A DNA stretch of 55,206 bases from an uncultured Dehalococcoidia bacterium. Its GTDB lineage: Bacteria; Chloroflexota; Dehalococcoidia; GIF9; UBA5629. The notes beneath the pieces were generated by a model. The model had not been told where the DNA came from. It worked only from the letters and a program-made list of their open reading frames with translations, and made no database searches. How positions within the stretch are numbered: the first letter of the stretch is position 1; every line of letters starts with the position of its first letter. Below are positions 46,332 through 55,206 of this stretch, one piece after another. Made by a program: the position numbers and the translations under genes. The stretch covers positions 1-55,206 of the forward strand of contig CAIMUM010000139.1 of the NCBI GenBank assembly GCA_903844685.1. Reading direction: 5' to 3'.

Positions 46332-47193
46332 GCCGGCGGGACCGACCTCATTCAACATCGTAGCCCTTGTCCGCCGCCTGACAGGTGAGAAGCGCGTGGG
46401 TCACGCCGGCACTCTCGATCCGGCTGCCTGCGGCGTGCTGCCCGTCTGCCTGGGACAGGCCACCAGGATATCGGAATATTTGCACGCTTTCAGTAAAGAA
46501 TATCAGGCCGTTATTGAACTTGGCACAACCACAGACACCTATGATAGGGAGGGCAGGGTTACCGGGCGGGGGGATACGGACGGCATCACATTTCCCCTGG
46601 TACAGAAAACGCTGCAATCATTCGAAGGACTCATCGACCAGGTGCCCCCGGCCTTCAGCGCCATCAAGGTAAAAGGCAGGCAATCCTATGACCTGGCCAG
46701 GGCAGGGATAGAGATAGCTCATCGGCCGCGCAGGATATCCATCGACCGTATCGAAGTGCTTGAATTTAAATCCCCATGTATCAAGTTGGTCATCGTCTGC
46801 TCAAAAGGCACCTATATACGTTCATTGGCCCGCGATTTGGGAGAAAAGCTTGGCTGCGGTGCTTTCCTCAAAGACCTCGTCCGCAGTGCTTACGGCCCTT
46901 TCAAAGTAGGCGAAGCCGCAAGCCCTGAAAGCCTTCAGAATACTGTAACAGCCGGTCAATTGTCTTCACTGCTTTATCCTCTCGATTATCCGCTGACCGT
47001 CTGGCCGAAGTATATTACAACATCAGATGAGGCACTGAAGATTACAGGGGGCCTCGATATAAACCTCATCGGGGTAAATCCCGGCGACAATACCTATCAC
47101 CGCGCTTATCACCCCGATGGCCATTTTTTAGCGGTCATGAAATTCATGCCGGACAGCGGGCTGTGGCATCCTGAAAAGGTCTTCAATCTTTAA
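46300..47193 (+). CDS. truB: tRNA pseudouridine(55) synthase
   Basis: INKPAGPTS, VGHAGTLDP, QVPPAFSAIK, CSKGTYIRSLARDLG. Confidence 0.97.
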   Translation: MGLNGILNINKPAGPTSFNIVALVRRLTGEKRVGHAGTLDPAACGVLPVCLGQATRISEYLHAFSKEYQAVIELGTTTDTYDREGRVTGRGDTDGITFPLVQKTLQSFEGLIDQVPPAFSAIKVKGRQSYDLARAGIEIAHRPRRISIDRIEVLEFKSPCIKLVIVCSKGTYIRSLARDLGEKLGCGAFLKDLVRSAYGPFKVGEAASPESLQNTVTAGQLSSLLYPLDYPLTVWPKYITTSDEALKITGGLDINLIGVNPGDNTYHRAYHPDGHFLAVMKFMPDSGLWHPEKVFNL

Positions 47194-47230
47194 AATCGTA
47201 AAGGATTTACCCTGATTTGCCTGAAAAAGC

Positions 47231-47259
47231 TTGACATGCCTACGCGTATTGGCTATATT
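47231..47259 (+). promoter_or_regulatory. Near-consensus promoter for the DUF5679-like gene
   Basis: TTGACA-17 bp-TATATT; SD CAGGAGG downstream. Confidence 0.75.
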
Positions 47260-47297
47260 AGCCTTAAGAGCTATAAATTAGCTTCAGGAGGTATTCA

Positions 47298-47441
47298 ATG
47301 ACACAGGCCTATTGCTTCAAAGACAGGAAGAAGGTGGAAATCAAAAACGCTCAGCACGTAAAACTGAAGAACGGGAGGCCCGCCACCAAGGGGATCTGCC
47401 CTCATTGTGGCACCAAGGTATACCGCATCGGCAAGAGCTAA
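47298..47441 (+). CDS. Small basic DUF5679-like protein (47 aa; absent from the ORF track)
   Basis: MTQAYCFKDRKKVEIKNAQHVKLKNGRPATKGICPHCGTKVYRIGKS; strong promoter and SD. Confidence 0.85.
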   Translation: MTQAYCFKDRKKVEIKNAQHVKLKNGRPATKGICPHCGTKVYRIGKS

Positions 47442-47465
47442 CCGGCAGACTCCCGGGCGGCAAAC

Positions 47466-48131
47466 TCAGGGCAGCCGCCTGATCCTCTGAAGCAGTTTCA
47501 AAGGGTTATGTTCGAGTATTTGTCTGTACTTGTGGCTGCTGATACCTGACTGGCTTAGAGTTTCTCTCGCCAGTTCCTTAGAGAGAAGGTCACCCTCATC
47601 GTGGCTGTCCGAATTCAAGAGCATTAGTGCCCCGGCCTCCTCTGCCAGTTTGGCAACATGAGCATTAGTTATACAATGCCCGCGCCTCGTAGTAATCTCA
47701 ATAAATACCCCGCTCTTCGCCGCCATCTTGGCGACCTCCCCGCTCATATGCCCCGGGTGCGCCAGTATATCGACATATGCTGACCTCACGGCCGACAGGT
47801 TCGTTCCCTCTTCCACCGGTTCCACGGGCGATTCCCCGTGCACGACAACCAGCCAGGCACCCAACTCTTTGGCTTTCCTGGCAACCTCATCAATAGCCGC
47901 ATGAGGAACATGTGTCAGTTCAACACCTGGAATAGCAAGGATATCCCAGCGGGCCCGGGCCAGTTCGCAGTCCGCGCTGACCTCATTGATAACCCTGCTC
48001 AGGGAGCCTACGCCGCAATGGTCTGTAACGGCGATAGCCGAATATCCCTTGACCGCAGCCCTCCTGATAAGCTCCAGCGTAGAAAGCATCCCGTCGCTGT
48101 GAAAAGTATGCGCGTGAAAGTCATAAAGCAC
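47466..48131 (-). CDS. PHP-domain protein (histidinol-phosphatase-like, archaeal-type)
   Basis: YDFHAHTFHSDG, AVTDH, GVELTHVP, VVHGESPVEPV, ILAHPG, NSDSH. GTG start at 48131. Confidence 0.9.
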   Translation of the reverse strand: MLYDFHAHTFHSDGMLSTLELIRRAAVKGYSAIAVTDHCGVGSLSRVINEVSADCELARARWDILAIPGVELTHVPHAAIDEVARKAKELGAWLVVVHGESPVEPVEEGTNLSAVRSAYVDILAHPGHMSGEVAKMAAKSGVFIEITTRRGHCITNAHVAKLAEEAGALMLLNSDSHDEGDLLSKELARETLSQSGISSHKYRQILEHNPLKLLQRIRRLP

Positions 48132-48211
48132 GCTATAAATTAACATAAAAATCTGCACCTGTACAAGGACGTGGCAATAATCTGTTATAATAGTGCGGAT
48201 TTTCAGCGGAC

Positions 48212-49198
48212 ATGTTTAAGAAAATACTCGTCCCGCTTGATGGTTCCATTGAAGCGGAGACCGTACTACCATACGTCAGGGATATTGCAGCCAGGTTCGA
48301 TTCAGAAGTCGATATCCTGAGCGTTGGGCTCGGCAGCAAGCGGCGCCGGGTCAACCAGTTGCTGGAGGAATACGTCCAGCATGCCGTAGAACACCTGCAG
48401 CAGCATGAGATAACCAGCCGCGCGGTCCTGCTTTATAGCAGCGCTGAGGAGGAGACGGCTGCCTTTTCCGAAATCACCGCTCCCCAGGGCAAGTTGAAGG
48501 CCAAAGGGCAAGTAGTTTACGGAGGTCCCGCGGAAAACATACTGTCGTATACTCAGAGGAATCATGTCAACCTTGTTATCATGGCTACCCATGCGCACGG
48601 AGGCCTGTTGCGCTGGTGGTTGGGCAGCGTCTTTGAAAAAGTCGTATCGCGGTCGCTGGTCCCGATACTGGGCATACACAGCAAGCAGGTCAGGGAGATC
48701 GACCGCACTGGTAAAACTACGTTCCGCCGCATCCTGACCCCGCTGGACGGGTCCGAAGCCGGTGAAGCCGCGCTGCATGATGCAGAAGCAGTTGCGCTCA
48801 AGACGGGGGCATCGATAGTGTTGTTGCACGTCATACCGGCGCCCCATTCCGTAGAAGCTCGCTGGCTCGGCCCTGAATTGAACGATTTTGTCAGGGCCAT
48901 GCACGATGCCGGCCAGAAATACTTAGATAAGACAAAGAAAAGGCTGGAAGCCAGAGGCCTCGATATCGACATTAGAATTACTGCGGGCGACCCTGCGGAA
49001 ACCATAATCGATACTGCAAAAAAAGAGAAGGTTGACCTGATCGCCATATCCACGCACGGCCGCAGCGGCATACCCCGCTGGGTGCTGGGTAGCGTTGCTG
49101 ATAAGATACTGCATGAATCGAAGTTGCCAATGTGGCTGGTCAGGCCCAGGCAGATTATTAATCAAATGCTCAAGGAAAGCGAAAAACAAGCAAATTAA
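48212..49198 (+). CDS. Universal stress protein, tandem Usp domains
   Basis: KKILVPLDGS...IMATH...GSV, and RRILTPLDGS...STHGRSG...GSVADK. Confidence 0.93.
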   Translation: MFKKILVPLDGSIEAETVLPYVRDIAARFDSEVDILSVGLGSKRRRVNQLLEEYVQHAVEHLQQHEITSRAVLLYSSAEEETAAFSEITAPQGKLKAKGQVVYGGPAENILSYTQRNHVNLVIMATHAHGGLLRWWLGSVFEKVVSRSLVPILGIHSKQVREIDRTGKTTFRRILTPLDGSEAGEAALHDAEAVALKTGASIVLLHVIPAPHSVEARWLGPELNDFVRAMHDAGQKYLDKTKKRLEARGLDIDIRITAGDPAETIIDTAKKEKVDLIAISTHGRSGIPRWVLGSVADKILHESKLPMWLVRPRQIINQMLKESEKQAN

Positions 49199-49230
49199 AC
49201 ACTGCGTAAATCACGAAGGAGTTGGCCAGA

Positions 49231-50337
49231 ATGGGAAAAATTAACGTAGCCATTATAGGTGTAGGAAACTGCGCATCATCATTTGTACAGGGGGTGCACT
49301 ACTACAAGAAAGCCAAAGACGATGAATCCGTCCCAGGATTGATGCATGTCAGCCTGGGAGGCTACCATATACGGGACATTAACTTTGTAGCGGCTATCGA
49401 TATCGACAAGAATAAAGTTGGTAAGGATCTGTCCGAGGCCATTTTCACCTCCCCCAATAATACTTTCAAGTTCTGCGACGTCCCGTCAACCGGTGTCAAG
49501 GTTGTGCGCGGCATGACCCACGACGGCCTTGGTAAATACCTGAGTAAGATAATAGAAAAGGCGCCCGGCCCGACCGCCAATATCGTCAATATCCTCAAGG
49601 AGGTGAAGGCTGACGTGGCCATCAATTACCTGCCGGTAGGCAGCGAAGAGGCCACCAAGTGGTATGTTGAACAACTCCTCAATGCCGGTGTGGGACTGGT
49701 CAACTGCATCCCTGTCTTCATAGCCCGTGAACCGTACTGGCACAACCGCTTCCGCGAGGCGGGCTTGCCCATTATCGGCGATGATATCAAGTCCCAGGTG
49801 GGGGCTACCATCGTGCACAGGGTGCTCACGCGCCTTTTCCGCGACCGCGGCGTCAAACTTGAGCGAACCTATCAGCTAAATTTCGGCGGAAATACCGACT
49901 TCTATAATATGCTGGAGCGAGAACGGCTGGAATCCAAGAAGATATCCAAGACCAATGCCGTAACCTCGCAGCTCGATTTCGAGATGAACCCTGATAACAT
50001 CCACGTTGGGCCCAGCGATTACGTGCCCTGGCTGCTCGACCGCAAGTTCTGCCACATCAGGATGGAGGGCCGCACATTCGGCGACGTGCCTTTGAACCTC
50101 GAATGCAAACTGGAGGTCTGGGATAGCCCGAATTCGGCCGGAGTGGTCATCGATGCTGTCAGATGCCTTAAGATAGCCAGGGACCGCGGGTTATCCGGCT
50201 CCATAGTAGCCCCCAGTTCCTATTTCATGAAATCACCGCCTATACAATACTCGGACGACGAGTGCCGCAGGAGGGCTGAGCAGTTTATCAGCGGGCAGGG
50301 CGAGCAGCGCCCAATCAGCCTGCCGGAAATCGCCTGA
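49231..50337 (+). CDS. ino1: Myo-inositol-1-phosphate synthase
   Basis: [67 protein letters not shown]. Confidence 0.96.
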   Translation: MGKINVAIIGVGNCASSFVQGVHYYKKAKDDESVPGLMHVSLGGYHIRDINFVAAIDIDKNKVGKDLSEAIFTSPNNTFKFCDVPSTGVKVVRGMTHDGLGKYLSKIIEKAPGPTANIVNILKEVKADVAINYLPVGSEEATKWYVEQLLNAGVGLVNCIPVFIAREPYWHNRFREAGLPIIGDDIKSQVGATIVHRVLTRLFRDRGVKLERTYQLNFGGNTDFYNMLERERLESKKISKTNAVTSQLDFEMNPDNIHVGPSDYVPWLLDRKFCHIRMEGRTFGDVPLNLECKLEVWDSPNSAGVVIDAVRCLKIARDRGLSGSIVAPSSYFMKSPPIQYSDDECRRRAEQFISGQGEQRPISLPEIA

Positions 50338-50373
50338 AACAGGCGACGTTAGCACCTTGGATTCGTCATTAGC

Positions 50374-51489
50374 ATGAAAATAGGCCTGGTTTCACCGTAC
50401 GACTACTCTCACCCGGGCGGCGTTATCAACCACGTTTCCTATCTGGCCCATCACCTTGACCTGATGGGACACCAGGTGAAAATAATCGCTCCCGTCCGCA
50501 GGACAGGAACGCGTTATTTTGGAGTGGAAGTTACAGCCATTGGCAGGCCTATACCCATTCCTTACGGCGGCACCACTGCGCGCATACCTCTCTCGCCCTG
50601 GCTGCCTTACCAAGTTAAAAGGGTGCTGAACCGTGAGGCTTTCGATATCATCCACCTCCATGAGCCGTTCATCCCCATGCTCTGCCTGAGCGTACTCCGC
50701 GAATCACCGGCCCCACTTAACGTGGGCACTTTCCACGCCTGCCACAAGGGCTCTGCGCTATACTGGCTTAACCGGCCTACCATGCGCAGGCTGGGAGAGA
50801 AGCTGCACGGCAAGATTGCCGTATCAAAGCCGGCCCGTGACTATATATCCAAATACCTGCCCGCCGATTACCGCATCATTCCCAACGGCGTTGATGTACA
50901 CCACTATCAGCCCGATGGACCCCTGCGTACCGAATTTAAAGATGACAGGCTTAATATATTTTTCGTAGGCAGGTTGGAGGAGCGTAAGGGGGTGGGAGAT
51001 CTGATAAGGGCCTGCGCGCTGGTTAAAAAGGATTTCCCGGGCTTCCGGCTTATCATAGCAGGGCCGGGCATCAGGTTGCGTTATTACTACAAGATGCTGG
51101 CCAAAAGCCTGGTAGGCGATAATGTCGTTTTCACTGACTACGTTCCCTTTTCTGAGTTGCCCAAGTATTACCGCACTGCCGATATCTTCTGCGCGCCCGC
51201 AACAGGGGGGGAAAGCTTCGGCATCGTCCTGATTGAAGCCATGGCCAGCGGCACTCCGGTTGTAGCCACCAGCATCCCTGGTTATGCCAGTGTGCTGACA
51301 AATGGGCAGGAGGGATTGCTGGCCAGGCCGGAGAACCCGCGCTCACTGGCGGATGCCCTGCTGAGACTGCTAAATGACCGCCAGGCCAGGCTCAAGATGG
51401 CGCAAAACGGGCTGGCTACTGCCGAACAATACAGCTGGGAGAATGTCAGCCGCCGGGTGCTGGAATATTATTTATCGCTATCAAAATAA
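50374..51489 (+). CDS. GT4 glycosyltransferase, phosphatidylinositol mannosyltransferase PimA-like
   Basis: MKIGLVSPY...PGGV..HV, HLHEP, GTFH, IPNGVD, GRLEERKG, GGESFGIVLIEAMA. Confidence 0.85.
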   Translation: MKIGLVSPYDYSHPGGVINHVSYLAHHLDLMGHQVKIIAPVRRTGTRYFGVEVTAIGRPIPIPYGGTTARIPLSPWLPYQVKRVLNREAFDIIHLHEPFIPMLCLSVLRESPAPLNVGTFHACHKGSALYWLNRPTMRRLGEKLHGKIAVSKPARDYISKYLPADYRIIPNGVDVHHYQPDGPLRTEFKDDRLNIFFVGRLEERKGVGDLIRACALVKKDFPGFRLIIAGPGIRLRYYYKMLAKSLVGDNVVFTDYVPFSELPKYYRTADIFCAPATGGESFGIVLIEAMASGTPVVATSIPGYASVLTNGQEGLLARPENPRSLADALLRLLNDRQARLKMAQNGLATAEQYSWENVSRRVLEYYLSLSK

Positions 51490-51506
51490 TTGCCGAGGAA
51501 AACCAA

Positions 51507-52103
51507 TTGTCAAACTTCCAGGATTTACGCAGGCAAGCCGGGCGGTTGATCACCGACCCTCTCGTGCCACTGATAAGCAGGCTCAGGCTGACTCCCGATA
51601 TTATGACCACCATCGGCCTGGTTGTTAACCTCGTAGCGGCTGTGGTCATAGGCTTCGGCCATCTGCTGTGGGGCGGCCTCATATTTTTGCTGGCCGGGCT
51701 TTTTGACCTGCTGGACGGCGCCCTGGCCCGCTACATGCAGAAGACCACGCGCTTCGGTGCGCTTTTCGATTCTACTGTGGATCGCGTTACCGAAGGGGCT
51801 CTGTTTCTCAGCTTCATCTTTATCACCGGCGTTGGGGCCTGGCCGTATAACGTGACCTTCCAGCTTGTTTTAATTTTCCTGGCACTTATCGGGTCTTTCC
51901 TGACAAGCTATATCAGGGCGCGCGCCGAGGGACTAAATATCGACTGCACTGTCGGCTTGTTTACCCGTGTTGAGAGGGTTATAATATTAGCGCTCGGACT
52001 GCTCCTGAGCCAGGTTTTTATAGCGCTGGCCATAGTGGTAGTCCTTTCTTTTGTAACCGTCGGACAGCGTTTTGTGCATGTCTGGCGACAGGCGAGAAAA
52101 TAA
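51507..52103 (+). CDS. CDP-alcohol phosphatidyltransferase (phosphatidylinositol-phosphate synthase-like)
   Basis: DLLDGALAR...FGALFDSTVDR motif; SYIRARAEGL; GLFTRVER. Confidence 0.9.
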   Translation: MSNFQDLRRQAGRLITDPLVPLISRLRLTPDIMTTIGLVVNLVAAVVIGFGHLLWGGLIFLLAGLFDLLDGALARYMQKTTRFGALFDSTVDRVTEGALFLSFIFITGVGAWPYNVTFQLVLIFLALIGSFLTSYIRARAEGLNIDCTVGLFTRVERVIILALGLLLSQVFIALAIVVVLSFVTVGQRFVHVWRQARK

Positions 52104-52132
52104 AAGGAGTAGGAATAAAAAAAGGCGATCTG

Positions 52133-52354
52133 ATGAGCGACAGTGTCTTTGAGGCGGGAATTGTGATTATCTTCTGGCTGGTGATCGCATGGATTATCGC
52201 GGGTATTGGCATGGCGATTGCGGGAATACGCTGGGCAAATGTTGAATTGCCCCTGATGATCTTCCTTACCGTAATCATCGGCCTGGTTGTACTCATTCTC
52301 GGGGGCGGTACCCTGCTCTATTTCTGGGGCAAGAATTACATGTCCCGTGAATAA
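52133..52354 (+). CDS. Small two-helix membrane protein, hypothetical
   Basis: 73 aa with two strongly hydrophobic segments; fills the gap on the same strand as its neighbours. Confidence 0.7.
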   Translation: MSDSVFEAGIVIIFWLVIAWIIAGIGMAIAGIRWANVELPLMIFLTVIIGLVVLILGGGTLLYFWGKNYMSRE

Positions 52355-52425
52355 TCATTTTGTTTCACATATCCCCATTTACTATTTAATAAAAATTAAA
52401 GGCATGCCCGTTTCAGGATAAGAAA

Positions 52426-53709
52426 ATGTCAGTTGTAGCAGTTATTGGCGCCCAGTGGGGCGATGAAGGCAAAGGTAAAATCGTGGACCTCCTCGCGGAG
52501 AAGGCCGATGCGGTGATACGCTATTCGGGTGGTGACAACGCAGGCCATACTGTAATCAACCCTGACGGCGAGTTCAAGCTGCACATCGTACCATCGGGCG
52601 TCTTTTACCCGCGTGCCGCCTGTATCATCGGCAACGGCGTAGTCATCAATCCGAAAGTGCTGCTCGAAGAGCTTGACAGCCTGAAATCAAGGAGGGTGGA
52701 CACCTCCAACCTGCATATCAGCGACCGCGCCCACCTTATCATGCCCTGGCATATCATGCTCGATCGTCTTGAAGAGGAAAAGCGAGGGCAGGACGCCATC
52801 GGCACTACCGGCAAGGGCATCGGCCCTGCATTCTCCGACAAGACCGCCCGCAAGGGTATACGCGCCTGCGATATCCTCGATTCTGCAGCATTCAGAGCGA
52901 GATTGGCAGGGGTGCTGGCCCCCAAAAACGAGATATTGACCAAAATATACAACGCGGCTCCGCTTGACCTTGACGCCATTTTCAATGAATATTCGGTCTA
53001 TGCCGGTCGCCTGGCGCCTTATATCAAGGATACCACCTCCATGATAAACAGCCTTCTGGAAAAGGGCAGCAACATAGTGCTGGAAGGAGCCCAGGGCACC
53101 ATGCTCGATACCGATTTCGGCTCTTATCCATTCGTTACTTCATCATCACCGCTGGCCGCGGGCGCCTGCATAGGGTCTGGCATCAGTCCCCGCAAAATCG
53201 ACCGCGTGGTGGGCATTTTCAAAGCTTATACAACCAGGGTCGGCGGTGGACCCCTGCCCACTGAACTGAAAGACTCGGTCGGTGAATACATCAGGCAGCG
53301 CGCCCACGAATTTGGCGCCACAACCGGCAGGCCGCGCCGCTGCGGATGGTTCGACGCCGTGGTAGGGCGCTATAGCACGCAGCTCAACGGGTTTACCAGC
53401 GGCATACTCACCCGGCTGGATGTGCTGGATGAGATGGAAACCGTAAAGATCTGCGTGGCCTACAGAATAGGAAATAAGACTGTGGAACATTTCCCGGCGG
53501 ACATAGCGGCACTGGAGAAATGCATACCCGTATATGAAGAGCTGCCAGGTTGGAAAGTCAATACCAGCGAGGCACGCAAATCCGGGGAACTGCCACGCAA
53601 CGCGCTCAAATACATCAGGCGTCTCGAGCAGCTCATCGGCTGCCGCTTTCACATTATCTCCATCGGCCCGCGCCGCGAACAAAGCATTGTAATTAAAAAC
53701 GTTATCTAA
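52426..53709 (+). CDS. purA: Adenylosuccinate synthetase
   Basis: GAQWGDEGKGK, NAGHT, IGTTGKGIGP, EGAQG, YPFVTSS, GATTGRPRRCGWFD. Confidence 0.98.
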   Translation: MSVVAVIGAQWGDEGKGKIVDLLAEKADAVIRYSGGDNAGHTVINPDGEFKLHIVPSGVFYPRAACIIGNGVVINPKVLLEELDSLKSRRVDTSNLHISDRAHLIMPWHIMLDRLEEEKRGQDAIGTTGKGIGPAFSDKTARKGIRACDILDSAAFRARLAGVLAPKNEILTKIYNAAPLDLDAIFNEYSVYAGRLAPYIKDTTSMINSLLEKGSNIVLEGAQGTMLDTDFGSYPFVTSSSPLAAGACIGSGISPRKIDRVVGIFKAYTTRVGGGPLPTELKDSVGEYIRQRAHEFGATTGRPRRCGWFDAVVGRYSTQLNGFTSGILTRLDVLDEMETVKICVAYRIGNKTVEHFPADIAALEKCIPVYEELPGWKVNTSEARKSGELPRNALKYIRRLEQLIGCRFHIISIGPRREQSIVIKNVI

Positions 53710-53715
53710 GGAGCT

Positions 53716-54207
53716 ATGTCTGATAATAGTCAGCTGACAACCTATTGCGGGCTTTACTGTAAAGACTGCATCCCTTCTAAAACCGAGCTTTATATCGCAG
53801 CGGCCAGCCTGCAACGTCTGCTCGAAGAGCTCCAGTTCGCTAAATATGCCGAATTGAAGGCAGGCCAAACATACTGGGCCGAGGCCAACTCGGCTTTTAA
53901 GTATTACCCCGAATTCCTGGCTGTACTGAATGCTATCAGGGGGCTGGAATGCACCTCGCTTTGCCGCGAGGGTGGTGGTTGGAAAGGCGGGCGCTGCCAG
54001 GTCAGAAACTGCGCCATCGAAAAGGGCGTCGCTGGCTGCTGGGAATGTGATAGGTATAAGACCTGCGAGCACCTAGCGCCGCTACTTAAATTCCACCCCA
54101 ACCTCGCGTATCACCTGGAGCTTATCAAGAGCGAGGGCACAGACAGCTGGAGTAAAAAGCGCAAGGGCCATTACCCATGGCTTACGGAGAAAGAAGTCCC
54201 CGGTTGA
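53716..54207 (+). CDS. DUF3795-type Cys-rich protein
   Basis: YCGLYCKDC ... CTSLCREGGG...CQVRNCA.EKG...CWEC...C. Confidence 0.85.
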   Translation: MSDNSQLTTYCGLYCKDCIPSKTELYIAAASLQRLLEELQFAKYAELKAGQTYWAEANSAFKYYPEFLAVLNAIRGLECTSLCREGGGWKGGRCQVRNCAIEKGVAGCWECDRYKTCEHLAPLLKFHPNLAYHLELIKSEGTDSWSKKRKGHYPWLTEKEVPG

Positions 54208-54222
54208 CGGCGGGAGCAAGTT

Positions 54223-55116
54223 TTATTTAACGGGCAGGTCTATATTGTAGTTCTTTAAGGTCTGCTCTATGGCGGCCCGAACCTTTTCATCTGGCACAAC
54301 CAGCGGCAGCCGCGGTTTACCCACCCGGAAACCCAGGTAGTTCAGCGCGTACTTTATTGGCATCGGGCTGCCTATCATGAACATGATGTTGATCAGCGGT
54401 ATGAAGTGGCGGTGCAGCTTGGCCGATTCCGCTACCCTGCCGGCGAAGAAATCGTCCATCATATGCTTGTACTGTTTGCCTACCAGGTGGGTGATAACGC
54501 CGATTACTCCGTATCCACCCAACCCGAGAATGGGGAAGGTGTCAGCATCATTGCCGCTGTAAACTAAAAAATCCTTATGCACTCCATCGATGATTCGGGC
54601 TATCTGCGCCAGGTCGGCGCTGGCCTCTTTAATACCCACGATGTTATCTATCTTGCTGAGATTGATCGCTGTCTCGGCCGACAGGTTGGTGATGGTGCGT
54701 GACGGCACGTTATAGACAATGCAGGGCAGCTTGGTAGCCCCCGCTATTGCCTTGAAATGCTCGTAGAGCCCTTCCTGGTTGGGCTTGTTGTAATACGGGA
54801 CGGTCAGCAGACAGGCGTCCACGCCCGTTTTCTCGGCCTCCCTGGTCAGATCGATGCTCTCCTGTGTATTGTAGTTGCCGGTACCCGCCACGATGGTCAC
54901 ATTATCGTCAACAACCGATTTAATCTCCACAAAAAGGCGCAGTTTCTCGGTGTTGGTCAGGGTCGGGCTCTCACCTGTCGTGCCTGCTACCACCAGGCCA
55001 TCGCTGCCAGACGCGAGCAGTGCTTTTGCCAGCTTCCTGGCCTGCGCGTAATCAACCTGACCCTTCTCCGTGAAAGGCGTTACCATTGCTGTCAGCAAAC
55101 GTCCGAACTTCTTCAT
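54223..55116 (-). CDS. dapA: 4-hydroxy-tetrahydrodipicolinate synthase
   Basis: TAMVTPF, GTTGESPTL, PYYNKP, YNVPSRT, GIKEAS, YSGND. Confidence 0.97.
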   Translation of the reverse strand: MKKFGRLLTAMVTPFTEKGQVDYAQARKLAKALLASGSDGLVVAGTTGESPTLTNTEKLRLFVEIKSVVDDNVTIVAGTGNYNTQESIDLTREAEKTGVDACLLTVPYYNKPNQEGLYEHFKAIAGATKLPCIVYNVPSRTITNLSAETAINLSKIDNIVGIKEASADLAQIARIIDGVHKDFLVYSGNDADTFPILGLGGYGVIGVITHLVGKQYKHMMDDFFAGRVAESAKLHRHFIPLINIMFMIGSPMPIKYALNYLGFRVGKPRLPLVVPDEKVRAAIEQTLKNYNIDLPVK

Positions 55117-55131
55117 CTCGTCCTCCGCTGG

Positions 55132-55206
55132 CTACTTATTGTTATTCTGCTGCTTTACCCAGCCCTGGTTGACGGCCTCCTCGGCTATCTGCACGGCATT
55201 AAGCGC
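55132..55206 (-). CDS. asd: Aspartate-semialdehyde dehydrogenase, C-terminal end (5' truncated)
   Basis: Translates ALNAVQIAEEAVNQGWVKQQNNNK*, matching the Asd C-terminal (A)ALNAVQIAE motif; lies directly upstream of dapA. Confidence 0.8.
   Translation of the reverse strand, partial: ALNAVQIAEEAVNQGWVKQQNNNK

Noticed and set aside
52355-52425. Purine riboswitch upstream of purA
   Set aside because: The region is short and AT-rich and lacks the aptamer core.
53146-54072. 308-aa antisense ORF over purA/DUF3795
   Set aside because: Overlaps two well-supported genes and has no recognisable domain.
1-55206. tRNA, rRNA, transposase, integrase, prophage or selenoprotein genes
   Set aside because: None recognised. 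Intergenic gaps are short and accounted for, and I saw no in-frame TGA splitting a conserved domain.

Overview
A gene-dense bacterial chromosome segment of moderate-to-high GC. Its gene content points to an anaerobic Chloroflexota of the Dehalococcoidia type (inference): a CetZ-like tubulin homologue, class V FBP aldolase/phosphatase, a nusA-ylxR-infB-rbfA-truB operon without rimP, ino1-pimA-pgsA, and many archaeal-type enzymes. Core genes (rplU-rpmA-rpmE, the nusA operon, purA, dapA, asd, rarA, rdgB, uppS, fur-feoAB) are mixed with accessory acyl-CoA and flavin catabolic genes. I found no rRNA, tRNA, CRISPR array, transposase or prophage gene. Main points of interest: (1) a ~11.5 kb convergent catabolic cluster with an NAD-type/NADP-type SDR pair, a 4-hydroxybutyryl-CoA-dehydratase-family radical enzyme with altered acid/base residues, a heteromeric family III CoA-transferase pair, a split Liv-type ABC transporter and an LEA_2 lipoprotein; (2) GTAG-type REP palindromes at two loci, one pair supplying the stop codons of both flanking convergent genes, plus a second palindromic repeat family; (3) a tubulin/CetZ homologue with degenerate GTP motifs, translationally coupled to rarA; (4) three small genes missing from the ORF track (HicA toxin, a DUF5679-like basic protein, a 57-aa orphan); (5) a glmM-glmU-uppS-geranylgeranyl reductase cluster that may make a saturated polyprenol carrier. 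All product calls come from motif recognition by eye; no database searches were run.
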